From contig OZ241993.1 in assembly GCA_965204575.1 (NCBI GenBank), positions 1,344,001 to 1,408,000 of the forward strand: DNA of 64,000 nt. Reading direction: 5' to 3'. A program made the translations under genes and the position numbers. This document shows, piece after piece, positions 50,015 through 58,662 of the stretch. Position 1 is the stretch's first letter. Each line of letters starts with the position of its first letter. Under the pieces are notes generated by a model. That model did no database searches, was not told the origin of the DNA, and saw only the letters and a program-made list of their open reading frames with translations. The DNA comes from an uncultured candidatus Porisulfidus sp. (GTDB taxonomy: Bacteria > Pseudomonadota > Gammaproteobacteria > Poriferisulfidales > Poriferisulfidaceae).

Positions 50015-51384
50015 AGGGTGTCCGCAGTTTTTTCGGGCCACCGTAAAACAACGACTTCCTCTCGCATCTGTTGGCGAGTTGCGGTAGCGAACCGGGTGCG
50101 GAACAAATCGATTCCGACCACTTGATACCCGAGGGATTGAGCGATTTCAGCCAGTAACTGTCCCGTGTGAATCATAACTTGTAGGAATGATGCTTGGTCG
50201 CCAACCACATAGCCGAGATAAGCGCCTGGCTTCAGAAAAGCCCGCAGTTCTGCCAAGTGACGCGCCATGCCGCCAAAATACAGTTTGGTGACCCGCGCAT
50301 ATTGTCTCTCAAATCCAGAAGTCTTTCCCATGGAAATTCTACGTTTTTCAATCTCTTCAGCGAGAGTTTGAATCTTCGCATGATCTGCGACCCATTTGTC
50401 GTCATCATTACACCTGTATGCATTTCGCGTGTTGGAGCAGAGTAGGTTTTTCTTCAAGTTCCGTAAATCCTCCCTATCCTTGATGAAGCCAAGCAACACA
50501 CTCTCCAGGCGTGTCGTCCTTGTATAGTCTTTTTCATTCGGATAAGGAGGAGAGGTGAAGATGGCACTGATACTTTGCGGTGCCAGCAATTCGGCTGCTT
50601 GACGCGCGTCGGCATGGTGAACGACTGCAGGGGTACTTACCATATTGGCACGATACGTCTGGCGCAGGTCATTTGCCATTCTGTGGATTTCAATAAGCCA
50701 ATTCTCAACGACATGTGCGTCGTGTTTCTTGGTTCGTCGAACGCCTACCTCTGGACCAAAGTACAGGTTGCTGTCGGAGAGAACCAGAGACTTGGCAAAG
50801 GCAAGCAATTCATGTTGCCTATAGGGTGAATTCTTTGCTTCTTTGATTTCTTTCAGCAGAATTAAGCATTTGTGCAAAGGTTTTTGGCTAATGGAGTTTT
50901 TTAGCAAAAGGGCAAACTGTTCTTTTTCGAGAGTGCGGGGAGCAATTTCCGACTCAATGATTTTTTCTGCTTTCTTGGCAATTTTGGCAGCATGGTCTAG
51001 CAATTCGTCTGGATTTATGGACCAGTCAACCTTAACCGAGCATGCGAAATGGGCCATCGTGTTGGCCTCGATGCCGATACTAGGAATGCCATGAAGCTTT
51101 GCCTCAACCAGAGTGGTCCCGGTACCGCAAAAGGGGTCTAGGATTGTGTCTCTTTCGCTCAGGCCGAATCCGCGTATGTAGTCGCGAACCAGATGAGCGG
51201 GAAACGAAAGCACGAACCGATACCAGTCGTGAAAGTCCCGATCTCGAGCATCTAGTTTGTTGGCACGGTCATTGCTTCTAGATGTCGGCACAGAAGGTAT
51301 TTCTTCTGGAAATAGGCTGGGTTGCAGCCCGATATCCTCCCTCGGTTCCAAGAGACCAGATGGGCCAAGTGTTGCTGGATTCAT
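50011..51384 (-). CDS. Amino-DNA methyltransferase, probably N4-cytosine
   Basis: Motif I DPFCGTGTT precedes motif IV TSPPY. Confidence 0.88.
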   Translation of the reverse strand: MNPATLGPSGLLEPREDIGLQPSLFPEEIPSVPTSRSNDRANKLDARDRDFHDWYRFVLSFPAHLVRDYIRGFGLSERDTILDPFCGTGTTLVEAKLHGIPSIGIEANTMAHFACSVKVDWSINPDELLDHAAKIAKKAEKIIESEIAPRTLEKEQFALLLKNSISQKPLHKCLILLKEIKEAKNSPYRQHELLAFAKSLVLSDSNLYFGPEVGVRRTKKHDAHVVENWLIEIHRMANDLRQTYRANMVSTPAVVHHADARQAAELLAPQSISAIFTSPPYPNEKDYTRTTRLESVLLGFIKDREDLRNLKKNLLCSNTRNAYRCNDDDKWVADHAKIQTLAEEIEKRRISMGKTSGFERQYARVTKLYFGGMARHLAELRAFLKPGAYLGYVVGDQASFLQVMIHTGQLLAEIAQSLGYQVVGIDLFRTRFATATRQQMREEVVVLRWPEKTADTL

Positions 51385-51484
51385 TTGAATGTATCTGGTT
51401 GATAGCACATTCTATAGCGGAGGCTTCACACAGTATACGGCAGCATTGAAAATGAGGGGATTTTCCATATAAATTATCTAATTA

Positions 51485-52180
51485 TCAAAGAATTGCCTTG
51501 GCTTTATTAACGCCGAGTCTTTGGATTTCATCAATGGAGATGCATCCCTGGTACAGCATGCTGGCGGTCAGGATATCCATATCGGCCTCCAGCAATCGGC
51601 GGATGTCGTCCGCATTCCGGACTCCGCCGGCCGCGGCCAGCCTGCAATCTGGCCGGATTGTCCGAATCCGCTCCAGGAGTTCAAAATCCGGCCCTTCCAT
51701 GGAACCGACCCGGTGCAGGCACATGACGATGACACGGGCGGGCCAGGTGTCGGGTTGCGCCCAGATTTCGGTTCCGCCGCGCAAGCCTTGCTGATCGAAG
51801 TCGAGCGACAGGATCGCGCGATCGTCCTGGGCCGACCAACTGCAGGCGAATTCAGTGCCGATGACCGGGCGGAGGTTGTCTGGAAAACTTCCGTCCGGAT
51901 CCGGAGGCGGTCCGGCATCCACCCAGAATTCGATGGCCGGATGACGGCGGCATAGTTCTACAATGAGCCGGCATTGGGCGGGCTTGCCCATGATGGCATC
52001 GAGATCCGCCAGATAAATAACCGGAAAGGGAGCGAATCGGAGCAGGTCATCGACCACCTGGACAGGGTCTACGCTGCATGTCAGGGCGGACTGGATCGGT
52101 TCGTAGAGCGCACGCTCGCCCCCCGCAGCCTGTACGACCTTTCCCTGTCGGATGTCCAGGACGGGAATGATGCGATGCAT
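51485..52180 (-). CDS. HisA/HisF-related TIM-barrel protein of C1-cofactor clusters (Orf17-like)
   Basis: IIPVLDI...GERALYEPI, YLADLDAI, VGSMEGPD, AAGGVR. Confidence 0.8.
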   Translation of the reverse strand: MHRIIPVLDIRQGKVVQAAGGERALYEPIQSALTCSVDPVQVVDDLLRFAPFPVIYLADLDAIMGKPAQCRLIVELCRRHPAIEFWVDAGPPPDPDGSFPDNLRPVIGTEFACSWSAQDDRAILSLDFDQQGLRGGTEIWAQPDTWPARVIVMCLHRVGSMEGPDFELLERIRTIRPDCRLAAAGGVRNADDIRRLLEADMDILTASMLYQGCISIDEIQRLGVNKAKAIL

Positions 52181-52186
52181 GGAGAG

Positions 52187-53116
52187 ATGAAAGTTTTTAT
52201 TTTCGAATACGTTTGCGGAGGAGGGTTCCAGGACGATTCGCCTCCGCCGGATCTGCTTCGGCAGGGGCGTGAAATGCTGCGCGCGGCGCTTGCAGACTTC
52301 TCGCGCTTACCGGATCCGGTGCAAGTTTATACCCTGGTCGAGGAACGGTTTACGTTCGCTCTGCCTGAGCGAGTCCAGTGTCGGCACCTTGACGGCCCAT
52401 GGCAGGACGCCTGGAAGAGTCTCGTGGGACACTGCGATGCGGTCTTGGTGATCGCCCCCGAAAGCGAGGGTCAACTCGAACGCTTGTGCGGGGAAGTGCT
52501 GGAAGAGGGCAGGAAAGGATTGAATTGTTCGCTGGAAGCGATTCGCCTGGCCGCAGACAAGTGGATGCTTAACCGCCACCTTCAGGCGGCAGGAATCCCG
52601 GTGGTGGAGACGTGCACGTGGGATCCATCGGAACCGGTCCCGGCTCAGGGCGTGATCAAGCCGCGTGACGGAGCCGGGTGCGAGGAGACATTTGCGTTGG
52701 GCGTACAGTCAATCCCACCGGCCTTGGATCCTGAAAACCAGTGGATATGGCAGCCTTGGGCCTCCGGCCAGCCGGCCAGCCTGAGTCTTCTGGCAGGGGA
52801 GAACGAGGTGGAGGTTCTGTCCTGCAATAGAATTCATTGCAAGAACCAGGAGGGGCGGTTGCATGTGCATGAGCTTGAAACCGGGGGATTCGATGGGAAT
52901 CTGCGTTTCGAGGAAGAAGCGCGGGCCTTGGCTTCCCGGGTCGCGGCTGCGGTGCCGGGCTTGCGGGGTTACGTGGGCGTGGACGTGATGTGGGAGGGGG
53001 AATCGCTGACCGTGCTGGAGATCAACCCGCGCCTGACCACGTCGTACGCCGGATTGGCGATGCCGCTGGCTGAACGGATGCTCCAAGTGTTCGGCTGTAT
53101 GGAAATCCCGGCATGA
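52187..53116 (+). CDS. ATP-grasp ligase, MfnD/tyramine-glutamate ligase-like
   Basis: FEYVCGGG, VIAPE, KPRDGAGC, GYVGVD, LEINPRLTTSY. Confidence 0.8.
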   Translation: MKVFIFEYVCGGGFQDDSPPPDLLRQGREMLRAALADFSRLPDPVQVYTLVEERFTFALPERVQCRHLDGPWQDAWKSLVGHCDAVLVIAPESEGQLERLCGEVLEEGRKGLNCSLEAIRLAADKWMLNRHLQAAGIPVVETCTWDPSEPVPAQGVIKPRDGAGCEETFALGVQSIPPALDPENQWIWQPWASGQPASLSLLAGENEVEVLSCNRIHCKNQEGRLHVHELETGGFDGNLRFEEEARALASRVAAAVPGLRGYVGVDVMWEGESLTVLEINPRLTTSYAGLAMPLAERMLQVFGCMEIPA

Positions 53117-54153
53117 GCGACGTGATTGGCTGGGACATCGGGGGCGCCCACGTCAAGGCGGTGCAAGTGGATGAGCGCGGACGGGCCCTGAGGGTCTGGC
53201 ATCGGATGGTGCCGCTTTGGAAGGGTTTGGATTGCTTTGTGGAGACGGTCAGGGGAATACGGGAGGAGGCAGGCGGGCATGGTCTGCGACACGCGGTCAC
53301 GATGACGGGGGAGTTGGCGGACATCTTTTCAACACGTTCGGAAGGGGTTCGCCGGATCGGCGAGTGCCTGGCGCGGGTCTTGTCTGGCGATGCCCTTTCT
53401 TATTTTTCGGCCAGTGCGGAATTCATCGAGGATCCGGTTCGACGGTCACACTTGATCGGTTCCATGAACTGGGTCGCTTCGACGCGACTGGTCGCGCGCT
53501 TTGTCGGGCAGGGTGTTTTCGTGGACGTCGGAAGCACCACGACGGATCTGGCCCGGATCGTGGAAAACCAGGCAAAGGTGACCGGGTTTTCCGATGCGGA
53601 GCGCTTGGCCTGCCAGGAACTCCTGTACACCGGTGTGGCCCGGACGCCGCTGATGAGCCTGGCCGCCCGGGTGGACGTGGGCGGACATTCCTGCAACCTG
53701 ATGGCGGAACATTTCGCGACGACCGCAGATGTGTTCAACCTTTTGGGGCAATTGCCGGATGGCCTATACCCTTTCGACACGGCCGATGGTGCAGGATGCT
53801 CCAAGTTTGAGTCGGCTCGCCGGATCGCCCGGATGATCGGGCGGGACTGCGAAGAAGGAGAGGGCTTGGACGAATGGGTTCGTTTGGCGCGGACATTTGC
53901 CGACCTGCAACAGGAACGGATTCTGAAGAACCTGCAGGCGCATGTTTCCGCCGGTTCTGCCGGGATCCTAGTGGGCGCGGGTACCGGACGATTCGTGCTG
54001 CCGCCGCTCGCGAGCCGCTGCGGGTTGGCGTATCGGGACATCGACACCCTGCTCGAATCGAGGATCGCCACACAGGGAACCTTCACTCTGGCGGACTGCT
54101 TGCCAGCTTATTCCGTCGCCGAGTTGTATCGCCTCGAACATGCGTGTCGTTGA
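53113..54153 (+). CDS. Hydantoinase/oxoprolinase-family H4MPT-linked C1 protein (MfnF/Orf9-like)
   Basis: GWDIGGAHVK, TMTGELAD, DVGSTTTD, ELLYTG, TADG. Confidence 0.82.
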   Translation: MSDVIGWDIGGAHVKAVQVDERGRALRVWHRMVPLWKGLDCFVETVRGIREEAGGHGLRHAVTMTGELADIFSTRSEGVRRIGECLARVLSGDALSYFSASAEFIEDPVRRSHLIGSMNWVASTRLVARFVGQGVFVDVGSTTTDLARIVENQAKVTGFSDAERLACQELLYTGVARTPLMSLAARVDVGGHSCNLMAEHFATTADVFNLLGQLPDGLYPFDTADGAGCSKFESARRIARMIGRDCEEGEGLDEWVRLARTFADLQQERILKNLQAHVSAGSAGILVGAGTGRFVLPPLASRCGLAYRDIDTLLESRIATQGTFTLADCLPAYSVAELYRLEHACR

Positions 54154-55498
54154 GTTGCCGTGGCAGGCGGACCCAACGCGCCGCTTCAGAAGATTTGCCG
54201 ACCGACCTTGGGCGGTTTTGCTCGACAGTTGCCACGATCAGAGCGGTCAAGGCCGCTTTGACATTTTCGCGGCCGAACCGTACGCGACCTTCGAGTCCAC
54301 CGGGCGGCGAGCAGTTCTGACCCGGGGCGGCGAGCGGCAGGTCCTGTACGGGAATCCTTTTCGCCTGATTTCTGAACTGCTGGGGTCGCGAGAGGAAGGC
54401 GACGCGGGCATCCCGTTCTGCGGTGGCGCAATCGGCTATTTGTCCTACGAACTGGGCCGGGCCTGTGTCGGCCTGGCTGCTCCCCGGACCGACATGCCGG
54501 ATTATTCGGAACTGGCCGTGGGTTTCTACGACTGGTCGGTCGTCAGCGACCACCAGGAGCAGCGTTGCTACTTGGCGACGCACGAACGGTCGCCTGCGAC
54601 CCGGCTTGTCTGGGAAGATCTGCATGCCCGACTGCTTGACGAACCCCCTGTCCAGGAGCATTCATACCGCTTATTGGCACCGCTGCATTCGGACTTCACG
54701 CGAGAGGCCTACGCGGCGGCATTTCAAGCCGTCCGGGACTATATTGAGGCGGGGGACTGCTATCAGGTCAACTTGGCGCAACGTTTCTCAGCACCCAGCG
54801 AGGGCCGGTTGTGGACAGCCTATCAATACAGCCGGACGATTAATCCCGCTCCGTTCTCCGCCTACCTCAACCACCCGGATCTTGAGATCGCCAGTGCTTC
54901 TCCAGAACGGTTTCTGGAAGTGACGGACGGTCGAGTCGAAACCTGCCCCATCAAAGGGACGGCCCGCCGTATTCCCGGGCAGGAGCAACAACAGCGTGAT
55001 GCATTGAAGGAAAGCGTGAAGGATCGGGCCGAGAACCTCATGATCGTGGACCTGTTGCGCAACGACCTGAGCAAGAACTGCGCCTCGGGAACAGTCAAGG
55101 TACCGGAGCTGTTCAAGGTCGAGAGTTTTGCCACGGTGCATCATTTGATCAGCACGGTAACGGGGGAGTTGCGCGAGGGCCGGACGGCACTGGACCTTCT
55201 CGAAGGGTGCTTCCCCGGGGGCTCAATTACCGGAGCCCCGAAGCGTCGTGCGATGGAAATCATCGAGGAACTGGAGCCGAAGCCAAGGGGCGTGTATTGC
55301 GGCAGCCTCGCGTATGTCGGGTTCGACGGGAACATGGACAGCAGCATCGCGATCCGCACGATGGTGCAGGCTGCGGGGGAAACCAGCCTGCATGCGGGCG
55401 GCGGACTGACGCATGGCTCGCAAATGGAAGCGGAGTACAAGGAATGTCTGGACAAGGCTGCCGCTATGCAGGAGGCTTTGGAAAGGTATAGAGCGTGA
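54140..55498 (+). CDS. pabB: Aminodeoxychorismate synthase component I
   Basis: GDCYQVNL, PIKGT, ENLMIVDLLRND, FPGGSITGAPK. Confidence 0.9.
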   Translation: MRVVELPWQADPTRRFRRFADRPWAVLLDSCHDQSGQGRFDIFAAEPYATFESTGRRAVLTRGGERQVLYGNPFRLISELLGSREEGDAGIPFCGGAIGYLSYELGRACVGLAAPRTDMPDYSELAVGFYDWSVVSDHQEQRCYLATHERSPATRLVWEDLHARLLDEPPVQEHSYRLLAPLHSDFTREAYAAAFQAVRDYIEAGDCYQVNLAQRFSAPSEGRLWTAYQYSRTINPAPFSAYLNHPDLEIASASPERFLEVTDGRVETCPIKGTARRIPGQEQQQRDALKESVKDRAENLMIVDLLRNDLSKNCASGTVKVPELFKVESFATVHHLISTVTGELREGRTALDLLEGCFPGGSITGAPKRRAMEIIEELEPKPRGVYCGSLAYVGFDGNMDSSIAIRTMVQAAGETSLHAGGGLTHGSQMEAEYKECLDKAAAMQEALERYRA

Positions 55499-55511
55499 AA
55501 AAAGGAGGACA

Positions 55512-55526
55512 GGGGGGGGGGGGGGG
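55512..55526 (+). repeat. G15 homopolymer
   Basis: 15 consecutive G, about 60 nt upstream of the receptor ATG. Confidence 0.9.
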
Positions 55527-55585
55527 CATAGCTCATCGTTTTTGTGTATTATAGGCACCTGTCGTAGATACTTGCGAGGCATATC

Positions 55586-58555
55586 ATGCATCCCAAACTT
55601 GTTGCTATTCCCTGTTGTTTTCTGGGCGCAGTTCTCTGCGCCAATACTTTAGTGCTGGCCGAGGAGGAAGTTGAGGAAATTTCGGTCATCGGCACGCGCG
55701 ACCGTGAGCGCTCCGCTTCAGATCTGGCCGTCCCGGTCGACGTGGTGGACGGCGAGAGCATCGCGAGCCAGGGCTCGACCCGCATGGATCAGATGATCTC
55801 GACGATGATTCCGTCTTTCAACGTAGGCCAGCAGCCACTTAGTGACGCTGCGACCATCGTGCGGCCGGCGAACATGCGCGGCCTGGCGGCAGACTCTACG
55901 CTGGTGCTGATCAACGGCAAACGGCGCCATCGCGGCTCGATCATCACGTTTCTGGCGGCCGGAAACAACCAGGGCGCCCATGCCGTGGACATTGAGTCGA
56001 TCCCCTCGGTTGCCGTCGGCCATATGGAAGTGCTGCGGGACGGTGCCTCTGCGCAGTATGGTTCGGACGCGATCGCGGGCGTGATTAATTTCGTGCTGAG
56101 AGAGGACTCGGACGGCGGCGAACTCTCGGCCCGCTGGGGCAGCTACTATCAGGGGGATGGCGAGAACCTCATCCTCACCGCGAACAAGGGGCTGCCGCTG
56201 GGCGGCCGGGGTTTCCTCAATCTCAGCGGCGAATACCAGACATCCAAGCCGACGGTGCGTGCCGTGCAGCGCAACGATGCCGCGACCCTGGTGGCGGAAG
56301 GCAACAGATACGTGAAGGACCCGGTCATTGACTGGGGCGCACCGGACATTGATGACAACTACAAGTTGTTTGCCAACTCGGGGTTCGAGATCGGTGATAC
56401 TGCTGAAGTGTATGCGTTCGGCAGTTATGCGGAGCGGACCGTGGACGGGACGTTCTACTTCCGGAATCCTTATTCGCGAAGCGGGGTCTTTACCAGTGCG
56501 GAGAGTACGAAGGCGACCGAGAATACGAAGGCGACCACGTATGTGAATGTGGTGGACATGAGAGGGACCAAAATTTGGGGGATTGACGACGTTACGGTCG
56601 ATGGTAGGTCTTACGTGGCTAGGGTTGACGTTCTTGACGAGAATGACATGCCGGTAATGGAGGATGGCGAGAGGAAGAAGAAGAGAAGAGAAATTCCCGG
56701 CAAGCCCAAAGCTGTCATGAAGCCCAAAGTAGTTATGAAGCCTGGTGGTTATGAGGATAGAGGGTCACCAGCTATGCCCAAAAACGCAATGGATCTGGCT
56801 TATGACCAGTACGTTAAGGACCTAGAAAAATTTACTAATTACGAGGAGGCCCTCCAGGAATACAACGATTACCAGACCTATTCGAAGACCCGGCTCCGCG
56901 GGGACTGCCCCCAGGTGGAGAAGGAAATCGACCAAGAAACAGGGAAACAGGATCTCAGCGCGCTGGAAGATGAAGAGAATTGCTACGCCTTCATCGAACG
57001 CTTCCCCGGCGGCTTCACGCCGCGGTTCGGCGCGGACGTCGAAGACAAGAGTTTCGCGTTCGGCATCCGGGGCGGAGACCAGGGCGAGCTGACCTACGAC
57101 TTCAGCTTTGTCTGGGGCGAGCACGAATCCGACTTCTTCATCTACCGGACCATCAACCCTCAGTTGATCGGCGAGAGGAACGACATCCCGACGTACTACG
57201 ACCCGGGCGCTTATGTTGAAACCGACTACACCATGAACCTCGATTTCACCACCGAATTCGAGATGGCCGGGCTGGCGTCCCCGGTGCACATGGGCTTCGG
57301 GGCGGAATACCGCAAGGAAGAGTTCGAGATCAAGGCGGGAGAACCTAACTCCACGTTCATCAGGTATCGGAAGGACGCTGACGGGAATTACGAACTGGAT
57401 GAGGATGGGAACCGAATCCTGATGTTCCCGGATCTCGGGATCGCGAGCAACGGGTTCAACGGCTTTCGGCTCGAGGATGCCGGGAAGAATTCGCGCGCAT
57501 CGACGGCCGCCTATGTCGACTTCGAGGCCGACCTGAACGACCGCTTGATGGCCCAGATGGCGTTCCGGAACGAGAACCCGGACGACTTCGACTCTCGGAC
57601 GGATGGAAAATTCGCATTGCGATACCAGGCCACCGACATCACGGCGGTGCGCAGCTCGTTCAGCACGGGCTTCCGGGTGCCGACGGTCGGACAGGAGAAC
57701 GTCCGCAACACTACGACTGCGTTCAGCCAGGGCATGCTGACTGACCGGCTGACCTTGCCGGTGACGCATCCGGCCCTGTCGGTGCTAGGGTTGGCTCCAA
57801 AACTGGAAGAGGAAGAGGCGCAGAGTTTCGCGCTCGGCGGCGTGTTCGATTTAGACAATTGGGACCTCACGGTCGACTACTACCACATTGAGGTCGACGA
57901 CCGCATCGCGCAAAGTTCCGAACGGAGCCTGAGGGAGTTGATTGAAGGGACGGCTCCGGAAGATGCGAACTTGGCTGACTACGTGGAAGAAAAACTTAAG
58001 GAAATCGAGAAGTCTGCGCCGGATGTCCGTTCCATTGGCGAGGTCTTGTATTTCCAGAATTCCTACGACACGCGGACCGAGGGCGTGGATCTCGTCGCGA
58101 CCGGGTCGGTGGAGGCGTTCGATATGCCGGTGGATGTCCTGTTCGCGGCCAACTGGACGCAAACCGAAGTCACCCGGCACAAGGACAACATCAATGCCAA
58201 GCGGATTCGCCAGGTCGAACGGGGCACGCCGAAGTTCCGGGCGACGCTGACCACCCATCACTCTCGCGGGCCTTGGGATTTCATGGTGCGGGGACGCCTG
58301 TACGGATCGCACATCGAGTTCTCCACTGACGATAAAGACAAGCTGGTGGATGTCCAGGAGCGTTTGCTGTTTGATGTGGAGGCCACGTACCACTACCAGG
58401 ACAATTTCGAATTGATCCTGGGTGCGGAGAATGTCCTCGACAGGGATCCGACCCACAACCCGTATGCGGCCGAGACGGGCCTGGAGTTCCCCGAAAACCC
58501 GGTCATCGACAGCAGCGGTGGGTTCTACTACCTGAAGACCCGCTACCTGTTTTAG
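55586..58555 (+). CDS. TonB-dependent receptor 1
   Basis: Signal peptide, TonB-box-like EEISVIG, plug LVLINGKRRH...EVLRDGASAQYGSDAIAGVINF, C-terminal F. Confidence 0.93.
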   Translation: MHPKLVAIPCCFLGAVLCANTLVLAEEEVEEISVIGTRDRERSASDLAVPVDVVDGESIASQGSTRMDQMISTMIPSFNVGQQPLSDAATIVRPANMRGLAADSTLVLINGKRRHRGSIITFLAAGNNQGAHAVDIESIPSVAVGHMEVLRDGASAQYGSDAIAGVINFVLREDSDGGELSARWGSYYQGDGENLILTANKGLPLGGRGFLNLSGEYQTSKPTVRAVQRNDAATLVAEGNRYVKDPVIDWGAPDIDDNYKLFANSGFEIGDTAEVYAFGSYAERTVDGTFYFRNPYSRSGVFTSAESTKATENTKATTYVNVVDMRGTKIWGIDDVTVDGRSYVARVDVLDENDMPVMEDGERKKKRREIPGKPKAVMKPKVVMKPGGYEDRGSPAMPKNAMDLAYDQYVKDLEKFTNYEEALQEYNDYQTYSKTRLRGDCPQVEKEIDQETGKQDLSALEDEENCYAFIERFPGGFTPRFGADVEDKSFAFGIRGGDQGELTYDFSFVWGEHESDFFIYRTINPQLIGERNDIPTYYDPGAYVETDYTMNLDFTTEFEMAGLASPVHMGFGAEYRKEEFEIKAGEPNSTFIRYRKDADGNYELDEDGNRILMFPDLGIASNGFNGFRLEDAGKNSRASTAAYVDFEADLNDRLMAQMAFRNENPDDFDSRTDGKFALRYQATDITAVRSSFSTGFRVPTVGQENVRNTTTAFSQGMLTDRLTLPVTHPALSVLGLAPKLEEEEAQSFALGGVFDLDNWDLTVDYYHIEVDDRIAQSSERSLRELIEGTAPEDANLADYVEEKLKEIEKSAPDVRSIGEVLYFQNSYDTRTEGVDLVATGSVEAFDMPVDVLFAANWTQTEVTRHKDNINAKRIRQVERGTPKFRATLTTHHSRGPWDFMVRGRLYGSHIEFSTDDKDKLVDVQERLLFDVEATYHYQDNFELILGAENVLDRDPTHNPYAAETGLEFPENPVIDSSGGFYYLKTRYLF

Positions 58556-58574
58556 TTTTAACAGATTTTTAGGC

Positions 58575-58613
58575 ACCTGCATCCCTCCGGCATTCACCGG
58601 AGGTGATGCAGGT
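58575..58613. terminator. Strong intergenic hairpin between the receptors
   Basis: ACCTGCATC-CCTCCGG-loop-CCGGAGG-T-GATGCAGGT followed by CTTT. Confidence 0.5.
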
Positions 58614-58662
58614 CTTTGCGTCTAGGTATATGATAGGGGCAGCCCGGTACTGAGAGGCTGAC

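Noticed and set aside
51485-52180. Calling this gene hisA
   Set aside because: It lacks his-operon context; motifs and neighbours fit the C1-cluster HisA-related family.
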